The notes beneath the pieces were generated by a model. It saw only the letters and a list, made by a program, of their open reading frames with translations, was not told the DNA's origin and ran no database searches. Of a DNA stretch of 64,000 nt, positions 1 to 9,117 are shown piece by piece. Each line of letters opens with the position of its first letter. Positions within the stretch are counted from its first letter, which is position 1. The position numbers and the translations under genes are program-made. The DNA comes from a virus. Its lineage: Duplodnaviria; Caudoviricetes. The stretch is taken from positions 1-64,000 of the IMG/VR virus record IMGVR_UViG_3300008740_000001; one strand, 5' to 3'.

Positions 1-86
1 CCAACCCTGAAGTTGAGGATATTGAGGAACTTGAGGTACCCGAAGAAGAGGACCGTCCGTGGATTACTCAAGAAAAAGAAAAATAA
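1..86 (+). CDS. 3' end of an upstream acidic protein (partial; ...NPEVEDIEELEVPEEEDRPWITQEKEK*)
   Basis: Open frame from position 3 to TAA at 84-86, followed directly by a promoter. Confidence 0.6.
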   Translation, partial: NPEVEDIEELEVPEEEDRPWITQEKEK

Positions 87-89
87 TGC

Positions 90-118
90 TTGACTATTGA
101 ACTAAAGTAGGTTAATAT
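90..118 (+). promoter_or_regulatory. sigma70-type promoter
   Basis: TTGACT(90-95)-N17-TAATAT(113-118), then SD AGGAGG(125-130) and GTG at 137. Confidence 0.8.
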
Positions 119-136
119 ACTAATAGGAGGTGAAGA

Positions 137-391
137 GTGAGTGCACTTTTCCGATTTTTAGGTTATACAACTGTAATTTTTACTTCATGCATGGGCCTTT
201 TGTACGCTGCACTGTTGACAGGCTGGGCGTGGCTATTTGTATGTACGTTCATTTTTGTTGTTCCTGTGTTTCTTTGTAATGTGTTCGTGCATGCTGCAAT
301 CGCACTCGGCGAACACACTAGTGATAAGCAACTAGTTGCTTTGAACAAGGCATATGCTGTACATGAAAAAAACTTGCAAGAGTATATGTAA
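137..391 (+). CDS. hypothetical membrane protein
   Basis: Two hydrophobic segments; strong SD and promoter upstream. Confidence 0.7.
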   Translation: MSALFRFLGYTTVIFTSCMGLLYAALLTGWAWLFVCTFIFVVPVFLCNVFVHAAIALGEHTSDKQLVALNKAYAVHEKNLQEYM

Positions 392-869
392 GCGTGTAAA
401 TTCGTTGAGTGTAATTAAGAAGCTAAAAAAAATGATCAAATCCTTACTCCAAAATCTAATTAAACGTGGAGATGGACACTCTACGAACAAAAATCCCGAG
501 CCCGAACCAGTTCAGGCAGAGGAAACACCAGTTTCGCAAGAAAATCCTTCTCCTAATTTAAAAGGAGTGGTGGTTTTGGCCGATGATCCAAGCAAATTAG
601 ACCTTGATGAACTACAGAAGATGCTTCAAGAGGCCTTAAGTGGTCGGAAAGGCTCTCAGCAGAAGAGTCCAACACCTTATATACTTAATACTGACTCAGA
701 TAGTTGGTATTGGAATCCGATTGATCGTAATATGATACGTTTGCCGGCCGGCGCACAGTTGGTTTTAGCCGAAGAGACTCCGAATGACGAAGGAAAAATC
801 ATTTGTTTGACCGATTTGGGCTTTGCGTTGATTCCATTTGAGCTAATCATACCATTAGGATACAATTAA
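354..869 (+). CDS. hypothetical protein (true start may be downstream, e.g. MIKSLL)
   Basis: 171-aa ORF with Pro/Glu linker and a C-terminal beta-rich segment; no family recognised. Confidence 0.6.
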   Translation: MLYMKKTCKSICKRVNSLSVIKKLKKMIKSLLQNLIKRGDGHSTNKNPEPEPVQAEETPVSQENPSPNLKGVVVLADDPSKLDLDELQKMLQEALSGRKGSQQKSPTPYILNTDSDSWYWNPIDRNMIRLPAGAQLVLAEETPNDEGKIICLTDLGFALIPFELIIPLGYN

Positions 870-870
870 T

Positions 871-1029
871 ATGTTTTTTACCTTTTTTCAAAGCCCTTTT
901 TGGCGCTCTGTGTTGTGGATTGGAAGTTTTTTAACAATTAAAGCCTTTTTGGGCTTCGAAGTCGCTGTAATCACTGCTTTGGCTATCATCGCAATGCGCC
1001 AAAGAGAAAATAAGGCTTGGTTTATTTGA
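871..1029 (+). CDS. small hydrophobic protein (52 aa, MFFTFFQSPFWRSVLWIG...)
   Basis: Read by hand; ATG follows the previous stop; below the ORF-track cutoff. Confidence 0.5.
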   Translation: MFFTFFQSPFWRSVLWIGSFLTIKAFLGFEVAVITALAIIAMRQRENKAWFI

Positions 1030-1064
1030 AAAAGAGGTAATTATTCGTACAGAGGTGCCTCAAA

Positions 1065-1577
1065 ATGATATATTCACACAAATTAGTAGAATATCCGTTA
1101 ACCGAAGAGGTATTGTACAAAAAAAGCGCCAAAATTGATGAAATTACTGATGAAATTGTTCAATTGGCCCATAATTTAGCTCAAATTATGTATGATAGCG
1201 GCGGAATCGGCATTGCAGCGCCGCAAGTCGGTATTTATCTGAATTTAATCGTTATAGACTGCTCCGAAGAGAAGAATAACACTGTTTATTTGCTAAATCC
1301 CGAAATTGAGTGGCAAACACCAACAACTAGTCATGGAAAAGAGGGATGTTTAAGTTATCCGGGGCTTGTTATGCCCATTACACGGCCAAAAAAGATAAAA
1401 GTCGTTGCAATGAGTCTTGAGGGCGAAAAAATAGAGTTTGAAGCTAGTGGGATTTATGCGAGATGCATATGTCACGAAATTGACCATTTAAATGGGATCC
1501 CGTTCACTCGCAGAGTTTCTCGGCAAGTAAGAAGGCATTTAATGAGGAAATGGGAGCGTAAAAGAGATGATATATGA
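1065..1577 (+). CDS. def: peptide deformylase
   Basis: All three PDF motifs: GIGIAAPQVG, EGCLSYPG, HEIDHLNG. Confidence 0.95.
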   Translation: MIYSHKLVEYPLTEEVLYKKSAKIDEITDEIVQLAHNLAQIMYDSGGIGIAAPQVGIYLNLIVIDCSEEKNNTVYLLNPEIEWQTPTTSHGKEGCLSYPGLVMPITRPKKIKVVAMSLEGEKIEFEASGIYARCICHEIDHLNGIPFTRRVSRQVRRHLMRKWERKRDDI

Positions 1578-1758
1578 TATTTGGGAAGATTGGATGGGGT
1601 ATGCAGTATATTACGTACAAAACGACACTATTCAGGCCTATTCAAAGAATGTTCCATTGGATTTTGCGCAAGAAAGGCTAATTGAACTGCTTAAACGAAG
1701 AAAATGCGCTTGGATCGAGAAAACAGATCCTACTAGCATGGGAGATATCCCTTTTTAA
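1567..1758 (+). CDS. hypothetical protein, paralog of 1758-1991
   Basis: Shares RLIxxLxxxKCAW with the next ORF; overlaps def stop. Confidence 0.6.
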   Translation: MIYDIWEDWMGYAVYYVQNDTIQAYSKNVPLDFAQERLIELLKRRKCAWIEKTDPTSMGDIPF

Positions 1759-1991
1759 TGGCCGAACAAGTTGATATTTTCGAAGACGTGATCTTCGTTT
1801 GGGTACATATCGATTCTAAATTGAAGTGTCTAGGTCCTTATTATTGTTACAATAAAGCCAAAAATAGACTAATTACGTACTTAACTAAGGGCAAGTGCGC
1901 ATGGATGTCATCTAATGAAAGAAAAACCAAGCCTAGGCAATTCAAAGAAGATCAAAGTTGGCGATCTGGTTCAGTGGAGGCACTGGGCTGA
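1758..1991 (+). CDS. hypothetical protein, paralog of 1567-1758
   Basis: RLITYLTKGKCAW; TAATG coupling with upstream ORF. Confidence 0.6.
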   Translation: MAEQVDIFEDVIFVWVHIDSKLKCLGPYYCYNKAKNRLITYLTKGKCAWMSSNERKTKPRQFKEDQSWRSGSVEALG

Positions 1992-2175
1992 TGGCTGGCT
2001 AGCCATTACGGGGGTCGTAACAGAGACCTCTACCACTAAATTAGCCGGCCGGCGTATTATAATGGCCAAGGTGACGACAACAAGCTCAGAATCCCCACGG
2101 ATCCGCGTCGGCCAAGAAATAGAATTAAACCCTTTGAGTCTTAGAATTATTTCGACCCGAGCCATCAGTGATTAG
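1915..2175 (+). CDS. small SH3/KOW-like hypothetical protein
   Basis: IKVGDLVQW...GVVTE pattern typical of small phage beta-barrels. Confidence 0.5.
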   Translation: MKEKPSLGNSKKIKVGDLVQWRHWADGWLAITGVVTETSTTKLAGRRIIMAKVTTTSSESPRIRVGQEIELNPLSLRIISTRAISD

Positions 2176-2182
2176 TTTTGTG

Positions 2183-2191
2183 ACTATTTAC
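2183..2191 (+). promoter_or_regulatory. putative phage late-promoter motif ACTATTTAC
   Basis: Recurrent ACTA(A/T)TTA(T/C) motif in intergenic gaps; 14 nt before ATG 2206. Confidence 0.5.
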
Positions 2192-2205
2192 TTATAGTAA
2201 AAGTT

Positions 2206-2382
2206 ATGAAGGCTCTATTAAGAAACATATGTATTCTTGCTACTGGGATTAATCTGCCAATTATTGGATTGTCCGTATATCTAGGGGATCTTAATTTGTT
2301 TCTTCTTTCCGCAGCTTCGGCAACATTGACTTTAACGGGCGCCCTTTTCGTATATTCAGAGGATGATGAAGATGAACTTTAA
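2206..2382 (+). CDS. small membrane protein (58 aa, MKALLRNICILATG...EDDEDEL*)
   Basis: Read by hand; two hydrophobic stretches and an acidic tail. Confidence 0.55.
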   Translation: MKALLRNICILATGINLPIIGLSVYLGDLNLFLLSAASATLTLTGALFVYSEDDEDEL

Positions 2383-4678
2383 CAATTGGCGTGAATTTTT
2401 AGCTGAGGCGAAAGCTCAGCCTGATACCCTTTTAAGAGAAATCTCAGAAGATGAAATGGAGCATATCACAGCGGCGCTGGATGAAATGTCTCCCGAATCT
2501 TGGGCATTCAATGAGCTTTTTGAGGGCAAAAATAGAGTAATTATTGATTTTCCTACCCTCGATCCAAGCTCCGATCTGGGCGGATTCTTATTACTCTTTC
2601 AGAACATGGGTTACGATGTCGATTGGTCTAAGGGGATCTTATCTGGTGAGAAGATTTTCCGAGATACTAGCCCTGCGGGCTTTGTAGATGGTCTTCTGAC
2701 CGGGAGATGGGAAACAGGGAAAACAAAAAAGATAAAAATGAAAGTGGGCAAGTTTTTGGCCACAATATATCGTATGGCCAAGAAGAATTATGAAATTTGG
2801 TTAGAATTATCGCGGAAGGATCCCAATGGCCGCGTCACCGGCAACGATATCTTAAAACATCTGGGAGAAGAAGGTGCACAGAGGTATTATCTCACCAACG
2901 ATCAGCTAAATATGTATTTAGGCGATTTGCCCACTGTCTCTCCCAGATCTGCGCCGGAGTTTTGGAAAAAGAAGGCCCAGTATTGGCAACAAAACGCAGA
3001 TTACATTAAAAATAATTTAGATAATGCCGAAACAGACCAATATTCAATTATTATAACTAGGCACCCTATTGATGTGCTGCGCATGAGCGACTTTAACAAT
3101 ATTCAGTCATGTCATTCGCCGCCTAGTCGCGGTGGAGAAGGCAGCTATTATAAATGTGCCGTCGCAGAGGCCCATGGACACGGCGCTGTAGCTTATGTAG
3201 TTAACACAGCAGAACTGTTAGAACAGACCGATTCTAGTGATATTGGAGAGGCTGAAGGGGTAATTCAAGAAGGTGAAGTGTTCGACGATGAGATAAGAGG
3301 CAGCCATGTGGGAATGGGTATACTTCCCTTGAGCCGTGTAAGACTGCGGCAAATGAGGTATTATGAAGAAGAGAATCCCAAGCGCTGGGATGCCGGCGTT
3401 GAATTAGCAGTACCCGAAAATCGAATTTATGGAGATAATATACCCGGCCTAAAAGACCGAGTAACCAAATGGGCCCAGACAAATCAAGAGAAACAAATCA
3501 AGAATGCGCCAAAAACAGATTCAGGGAAATATAATTTAAGTCTTTTCTATAAATTTGGCGGCTCATATGAAGACAGCGGAAGAGCGGACATTGTGGCAGC
3601 GTTGTTCAACGTTAAGCGCGAAGAGTTGACTGGACATCTTAAGCAGCACACAGAAACAGAAGATAACCTTGATGTTAACCTCGTTGGCGGGGTTATGGAA
3701 CAATACTCTCAACAATGTGAAGAAATAGCTGACGGATGGAATTACAGATACCAAGGTGCTGAAGTTGAATATGAAGTTGAAGATGATGGTGCTGGTTCTG
3801 TTTATATTACCATTGGTGCTTCAATGACAATCAAGTGGTCACTAGATGAGTGGAGTCGTTTTCCAAACCAGAATGAGGTTGAGTGGGCCCTAGGCGAATT
3901 GCGAGATATCGGATGGGGGTTCATAAAGGATTCGTATCCCACATTTCTTAAGAAGCCGGGTATCGGAGATGTCGAGGTACATCTTACGTTCGGGATTGAG
4001 CCGGAACACCTGCCAGATTTCGGCGGCCAAGCATATGCATATGATCCGGATATGTTTGAAGATTTCTGTGTTGAAATCAACAAAGTGGATGATGCATACG
4101 AAGCTATTAAAGGCGAGCTTGAAAGGTTTTTTAAGCGCAATGGAGATATGCAAGGCGGTGCATTTATACAAATGAACTATGATATCGAACAGAAGGATAT
4201 TAGCGCCTACGAGTGGGAAATAGAAAATGATAATAAATGGGATCCCGAAGATGCAACAGAGATCATCGCTTCGACAACTCACTATTTCGACCCAGAAGAA
4301 TATGGAATGGATCCAAGAGTAATGTTCCAAGTTTTGGACTCTCGTGAATATCGCTTAGCTGTAAGAACGGCAATTCTTGCTGGGCCTCGTGAAGAGGTAG
4401 GTACTGAGTATTATCTAGATGTGGACTCGTCTGTCGTGGAGCATGCTGGAGAATTAAAATATACTTTACAGTTTAAAGTATACGAACATCACCCAGATAT
4501 ATTGATAGATCTTCTCAAGGCAGTTATAGAGGATATGGATGACGAGGATGTATTAAATTCGATTTTTACAACAACATTCAAACAGGCACAAAATAGTCGC
4601 TTGCCATCGGGCATGCAAAAGGAATTAAATGAAACAGGGCACGTTGTTAAAAGATGGAAGCAGTTTTTAAGGGGATAA
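2363..4678 (+). CDS. large acidic putative virion/internal protein
   Basis: 771 aa; N-terminal MNFNNWREFLAE leader and C-terminal KRWKQFLRG; likely start 2372. Confidence 0.75.
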   Translation: MMKMNFNNWREFLAEAKAQPDTLLREISEDEMEHITAALDEMSPESWAFNELFEGKNRVIIDFPTLDPSSDLGGFLLLFQNMGYDVDWSKGILSGEKIFRDTSPAGFVDGLLTGRWETGKTKKIKMKVGKFLATIYRMAKKNYEIWLELSRKDPNGRVTGNDILKHLGEEGAQRYYLTNDQLNMYLGDLPTVSPRSAPEFWKKKAQYWQQNADYIKNNLDNAETDQYSIIITRHPIDVLRMSDFNNIQSCHSPPSRGGEGSYYKCAVAEAHGHGAVAYVVNTAELLEQTDSSDIGEAEGVIQEGEVFDDEIRGSHVGMGILPLSRVRLRQMRYYEEENPKRWDAGVELAVPENRIYGDNIPGLKDRVTKWAQTNQEKQIKNAPKTDSGKYNLSLFYKFGGSYEDSGRADIVAALFNVKREELTGHLKQHTETEDNLDVNLVGGVMEQYSQQCEEIADGWNYRYQGAEVEYEVEDDGAGSVYITIGASMTIKWSLDEWSRFPNQNEVEWALGELRDIGWGFIKDSYPTFLKKPGIGDVEVHLTFGIEPEHLPDFGGQAYAYDPDMFEDFCVEINKVDDAYEAIKGELERFFKRNGDMQGGAFIQMNYDIEQKDISAYEWEIENDNKWDPEDATEIIASTTHYFDPEEYGMDPRVMFQVLDSREYRLAVRTAILAGPREEVGTEYYLDVDSSVVEHAGELKYTLQFKVYEHHPDILIDLLKAVIEDMDDEDVLNSIFTTTFKQAQNSRLPSGMQKELNETGHVVKRWKQFLRG

Positions 4679-4702
4679 ACCAATTCCGAGGTCATAATTA
4701 TT

Positions 4703-5125
4703 ATGAAAGGTTATGTTAAAGCGTGGAAGGAATTCTTGGAAGAAGCAAAAAACAATAAAGACTCCAAAGAGATAGCGAAAGCTGTTTTATATAAAGAGGA
4801 TAAAGTACTTTTGCTTAAAAGATCTGACTACATGAAAAAGCATGCCGGCGAATGGGATCTACCCGGGGGCCACCTTATCGAAGGAGAAGACATCACAGAT
4901 GGCCTTATAAGGGAGGTATGGGAGGAAACCGGCCTACGTATTAGAAACCCTGTTAGACTCCACTCAAACGGCAATGACACGTATTATAAGGCATCTATGC
5001 CAGACTCTGAAGTTGAATTAAGCGATGAGCATACCGAGCACAAAATGTACACATTGGATGAAATTGAAAGCTTGGACTTTCCAAGCAAGTATAGGAAAGC
5101 AGTCGAGGAAACCATAAATGAATAA
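4703..5125 (+). CDS. Nudix hydrolase with WKEFLEE leader
   Basis: Nudix box GGHLIEGEDITDGLIREVWEETGL. Confidence 0.9.
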   Translation: MKGYVKAWKEFLEEAKNNKDSKEIAKAVLYKEDKVLLLKRSDYMKKHAGEWDLPGGHLIEGEDITDGLIREVWEETGLRIRNPVRLHSNGNDTYYKASMPDSEVELSDEHTEHKMYTLDEIESLDFPSKYRKAVEETINE

Positions 5126-6230
5126 CAAAAAGTGGAAACAATTTTTAACAGAAGCAAACCAGCCTCAGTGGCACGGCCTTGCGTTCGATGGCCGGAACCC
5201 CACCGAAGAAGAGATCAAATTGATGGATATCTTTCCGGGCAGCGGTGCACAAGCTCTGGAATTGGCTGAGTTGACCGGCAATGAGGAAATGGCGGTTGAA
5301 TTCCGCAAGATGCTTAAGCCAATCAGAGAAATAATTGCAAAGATTGAAGTGACCATAAAGCAAATCCGTAACGGGACCATGACGAGCGAGAGGCTGGATG
5401 TTATAGCTACAGAATTGGAGCTGGATGCAGAGAAGGCATGGATGAGCAGCCGCAACCACGAGTGGTTCGTAGCCGAGGACTGGTTTGAGGACAGCCTGTA
5501 CGAAATGAAGGATTATATTTGGCACCACGGCATGACTTATAGCGGTGTGGTTGGTCTAGGAAATGTTGCATCAGAAGAAAAGTCGAAGGAAGATTTGGAT
5601 AAGATAAAAACATGGGCAGGAATGGCCGGTCAGGTTGAATTACCCTTAAGTGAAAAGAAATTTTCAGACTTCGAGGATGGGCCCGGGCAATGGACAGATC
5701 TTGCAGTGGCAGATCTGAGAAATCCAGAAAATATAGATTTGTCTATTGAGTTATACAATTTGATTGCCAATGCATATTCACATATGAAGCCCCCGGGGCA
5801 TTTTGATTTTAAAACACCAGAAGATATTCCTTCTGATCATGATGTGTGGGCGGCTGTTAATATAGATGATGATCCTGAGCCTGACGCGCTAAGGGTTGGT
5901 AAAAACAAACCAAGTGGATTGAAATTGACAGCTAGTGGTCACGATGGCAGCAGAGAAGGAAAGGACGCATACATTAACAAAACAGCAGAAATGCTATTGC
6001 AAAATGGATATTATGCAGAAATGTCTAAAGGTATTGCACATTTAATGATAAAATATCACAGTGTACCACATGTTGGAGAAGAAGAGACGGTTAGAAAAGT
6101 ACTAGGAAAGGAAATAGAATGGATCGGGCCCCACCCCGAGGGCAAGTATCCCGGCTATGATGGTTGGTATATTCGCGATATTAGTGGACATAGAGAATTA
6201 AAAATCATGTTAGGAACACCTAACGCTTAA
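5118..6230 (+). CDS. hypothetical protein with WKQFLTE leader, probably two domains
   Basis: MNNKKWKQFLTEA N-terminus; internal LSE motif separates a helical half from an alpha/beta half. Confidence 0.7.
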   Translation: MNNKKWKQFLTEANQPQWHGLAFDGRNPTEEEIKLMDIFPGSGAQALELAELTGNEEMAVEFRKMLKPIREIIAKIEVTIKQIRNGTMTSERLDVIATELELDAEKAWMSSRNHEWFVAEDWFEDSLYEMKDYIWHHGMTYSGVVGLGNVASEEKSKEDLDKIKTWAGMAGQVELPLSEKKFSDFEDGPGQWTDLAVADLRNPENIDLSIELYNLIANAYSHMKPPGHFDFKTPEDIPSDHDVWAAVNIDDDPEPDALRVGKNKPSGLKLTASGHDGSREGKDAYINKTAEMLLQNGYYAEMSKGIAHLMIKYHSVPHVGEEETVRKVLGKEIEWIGPHPEGKYPGYDGWYIRDISGHRELKIMLGTPNA

Positions 6231-6242
6231 ATTGGAGATAAA

Positions 6243-6440
6243 ATGGCTAGAGGCAAAGTGACGACATCAGAGGCTCTCAAGAATGAAAGAGACTCCTTAC
6301 AGGCTAAGAATAGTAAATTGGAGCAGCGTAATGATATGCTGCTGCAGCGGATTGGCGGTCTGAGGGCTCACATCATTCAGAATAATGTAGAGGCCGAAGA
6401 AATTGCTAGATTGCTTGAGCGAATTCTGCTTGATTCGTAA
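6243..6440 (+). CDS. small coiled-coil protein
   Basis: Heptad pattern; GGAG SD upstream. Confidence 0.65.
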   Translation: MARGKVTTSEALKNERDSLQAKNSKLEQRNDMLLQRIGGLRAHIIQNNVEAEEIARLLERILLDS

Positions 6441-6462
6441 AAGTAAACTAAAATACAATTTT

Positions 6463-6494
6463 AAGCGGGGATTCTTCCCCGCTTTTTTGTTTTG
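6463..6494 (+). terminator. intrinsic terminator
   Basis: AAGCGGGG-attctt-CCCCGCTT 8-bp hairpin followed by TTTTGTTTTG. Confidence 0.85.
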
Positions 6495-6505
6495 CTGTAA
6501 TGTGA

Positions 6506-6514
6506 ACTATTTAT
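6506..6514 (+). promoter_or_regulatory. putative late-promoter motif ACTATTTAT
   Basis: Directly after the terminator and 7 nt before ATG 6522. Confidence 0.55.
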
Positions 6515-6521
6515 TGGTGTT

Positions 6522-6836
6522 ATGAAAAATCCTTTTACTCAACACCCTCAAGAAGTGGGTGAGACCTATTTTCAACATATGTGTGCCGCGCTTGGAATTA
6601 CCGGGAGGCTAGCGCTAGCAACTCACTGTCATTTAATACATGCAGTCTTCCCCTTTATCCACCCTCCCCTTGGAACTGATTTGGAAAATTTAATAAAAGA
6701 ACTCAAAGAGTGTTTACCGAAAGAACGCGCCAAGAAGGAATGCCACCTTGATGAAGCACTAAACAACCTTGTTGGTGATGAACTCGAAGAATATGAAGAG
6801 GCTATTGATCTTTACACGACCTACGGAGGAGATTAG
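6522..6836 (+). CDS. DUF6356-like protein
   Basis: N-terminal FTQHPQEVGETYFQHM...HLIHAVFPF pattern recalled for this family. Confidence 0.6.
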   Translation: MKNPFTQHPQEVGETYFQHMCAALGITGRLALATHCHLIHAVFPFIHPPLGTDLENLIKELKECLPKERAKKECHLDEALNNLVGDELEEYEEAIDLYTTYGGD

Positions 6837-6847
6837 TTGGATAAATT

Positions 6848-7453
6848 ATGAAACTACTATTTGAAAATTGGCGCAAGTATTTGAACGAGGGCCAGTGGGA
6901 CTTTGAGAATATCCCACCTTCACAACGAGCGAGAAATATTATAGTAGACGAATTTCTCACCGAAGATGATCGTCATATAGTTATTGTGAAAACTCTCGGC
7001 GGGCCCGTGGCTTTTTACAGAAGCACTGGTGGTGGAAGTGGATCGTGGACAAAAGGAATGTACTTACCCTTCGATGGTGTGAGTCCAGACGGGCCCGGGA
7101 CAGGATCAAAATTTTGGTTTGCTAAAATGGATCCAAGCCATCCACAATCTGGGGAGAAAAGCTCGAAAGTTCCCGAAGAGGGAAGTGAATTTGATAAAAT
7201 TGGAAAACACTTATCTTCTATATACAAACAAAGTGGAGGTGGTCAAAATGCCGGTGAATTTATGAATTCGATTGGATATAAATCTTCCGAAGAACTTGGA
7301 ATTAAGGCATCTCCGGTGTATGGAAACCCGCTTTACGATGCTATGGCCACTAATCTCTTTCTTCAAAAATGGAGAGCGCTGGGTGCATTAGGAAACGATT
7401 ATCGTTGGTGGGGAATAGACGAGATAGACGGCTTTAAGGCGGAGAAAAAATGA
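6848..7453 (+). CDS. MKLLFENWRKYLNE-leader protein, unknown cargo domain
   Basis: Leader motif; AFYRSTG...YLPFDG core. Confidence 0.75.
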   Translation: MKLLFENWRKYLNEGQWDFENIPPSQRARNIIVDEFLTEDDRHIVIVKTLGGPVAFYRSTGGGSGSWTKGMYLPFDGVSPDGPGTGSKFWFAKMDPSHPQSGEKSSKVPEEGSEFDKIGKHLSSIYKQSGGGQNAGEFMNSIGYKSSEELGIKASPVYGNPLYDAMATNLFLQKWRALGALGNDYRWWGIDEIDGFKAEKK

Positions 7454-8085
7454 AACTCCTGTTTGAAAATTGGCGAAAGTATTTAAATGAGTCTTTAGAA
7501 GGATTCAAGTATCTTTCTGCGTCACCATGGTCTACCGCAGATGCAAAACAAGAGTGGGGAGAAGAAGTAAATACATCACTTGAAAACGGCGACGATTATA
7601 TTGCGCAGCGCTGGCCCGGTTTAAGCAGAGAGGTAATAGAAGAAAAGTATCCTTTTTTGCTCTCTGCGGAAGATTTTGCAAAAACCCTAAATTCTGCACC
7701 TATACAAAATTTGCCACTATCACAAATGAAAAATATACACAATCATGCGCAAGTTTATGACATTATCGAAATGTATGAGAACGGTAGCTCATCGGAAGAA
7801 GTGCAAAAAGCTATGTATAGTTTCTTTAAAGGTACTGGTGTTAAATCAGATCCAGATGCATCTGGAAAAAGTTATACCAAAGAATCTAGCTATCAAAGAT
7901 GGGTGGATATGTTTAAAGAGTCTGATTCAATAGACAAGCCATCTGTGGTGTTGGAGTTGCCAGATGGCGGATTAGCTCACGTTAGTGGACAAACTAGACA
8001 AACTGGAGCTTTAACAAGCAGAAAAATTGTTCCATATGCTGTTCTAAGGCCAATTCAAGGAGAACAGAATGAAACTCCTGTTTGA
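7450..8085 (+). CDS. MKLLFENWRKYLNE-leader protein, weak ParB/Srx-like C-terminus
   Basis: Leader motif; PSVVLE...HVSGQTR resembles the ParB GxxR motif (weak). Confidence 0.65.
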   Translation: MKLLFENWRKYLNESLEGFKYLSASPWSTADAKQEWGEEVNTSLENGDDYIAQRWPGLSREVIEEKYPFLLSAEDFAKTLNSAPIQNLPLSQMKNIHNHAQVYDIIEMYENGSSSEEVQKAMYSFFKGTGVKSDPDASGKSYTKESSYQRWVDMFKESDSIDKPSVVLELPDGGLAHVSGQTRQTGALTSRKIVPYAVLRPIQGEQNETPV

Positions 8086-9106
8086 AAATTGGCGAAGATT
8101 CTTAGCTGAAGATGAAACAACCATTGAAATTCCCAACTCTGCAAAGAATTTAGCAAAGCAATGGCTTAAGGACGCACAGGAGCTACTTGGTAACCAAGGG
8201 CTCTATGTTAACAAAGAACTTGGCCGAGGCAAGATGGGTATTGTCTATGAAGTGGAAGACGAGAATAGCGGCAGGCGTCTAGCTGCCAAATTCGTCAAGA
8301 AGGATAACCCCAATGCACGTCGAGAGCGGGAAAATTATGAATGGATGATGAATAATCGTGAGCGTCTTCCAGAAGATGTTTCAAAACACTTGGTAGAAGT
8401 ATACGACATCATAGAAAGGGATACAGTATACATTTTTCTAATCGAGCTTTTGGAGGCGCCCGATAAAAAAACTGTGCGACAACTATTAGCGCTGGGCGAT
8501 TATGATGATATGGCTCGGCCCGATAAAGAAGCGCGTATTTTCAAAGATGAGGGCGCTATTTTTGATTTGGTTAAAGACGTGGTTATGTCAGCAGACTCAC
8601 TAATGGCTCAGGCTAATGCTAGTCAAGCTGAAACAAAGTCTACCGTAAGAGAGATCCATCGAAAGTTTTTATCTGGCGAAGGCGCCTCTAGGGAGTTAAT
8701 AGGCAAAGTTTACTTTGGTGATTTGGACTATTACATGGGTGCAACCGAGGATCGCCGGCGACTCATTAATCTTATACTATCGGAATTATTATCCTTGATC
8801 GAGCCTGAAATGGTCGAACACATTGCTAACTCTCTTGCAAGGATAGTTGATTCTAAAACAAATTACTTTTTACAAAAGCAGGTAATTCCCATCCACGATT
8901 TCTCCCCGCGTAGTGGTCTTACGGGCGGCGCTGAGGGATATACGAAAGAAGCTTTCCCAGAAGCGGACAGTCTCATGAGAGCGATGCAGCATTTGACTAA
9001 GAAGGAACAGTTTAGCCCGGGCGATATTCATGTGAAGAACGTGATGGCGCGCCCGGGGTCGAGAGAACTAGTTATTATGGATTTAGGATTATTTAAAACC
9101 TTGTAA
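8069..9106 (+). CDS. Ser/Thr protein kinase-like protein with MKLLFENWRRFLAE leader
   Basis: Gly loop LGRGKMGIVY, AAK, helix-C Glu, catalytic DIHVKN, DLG. Confidence 0.85.
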   Translation: MKLLFENWRRFLAEDETTIEIPNSAKNLAKQWLKDAQELLGNQGLYVNKELGRGKMGIVYEVEDENSGRRLAAKFVKKDNPNARRERENYEWMMNNRERLPEDVSKHLVEVYDIIERDTVYIFLIELLEAPDKKTVRQLLALGDYDDMARPDKEARIFKDEGAIFDLVKDVVMSADSLMAQANASQAETKSTVREIHRKFLSGEGASRELIGKVYFGDLDYYMGATEDRRRLINLILSELLSLIEPEMVEHIANSLARIVDSKTNYFLQKQVIPIHDFSPRSGLTGGAEGYTKEAFPEADSLMRAMQHLTKKEQFSPGDIHVKNVMARPGSRELVIMDLGLFKTL

Positions 9107-9117
9107 TAATTATTAAT

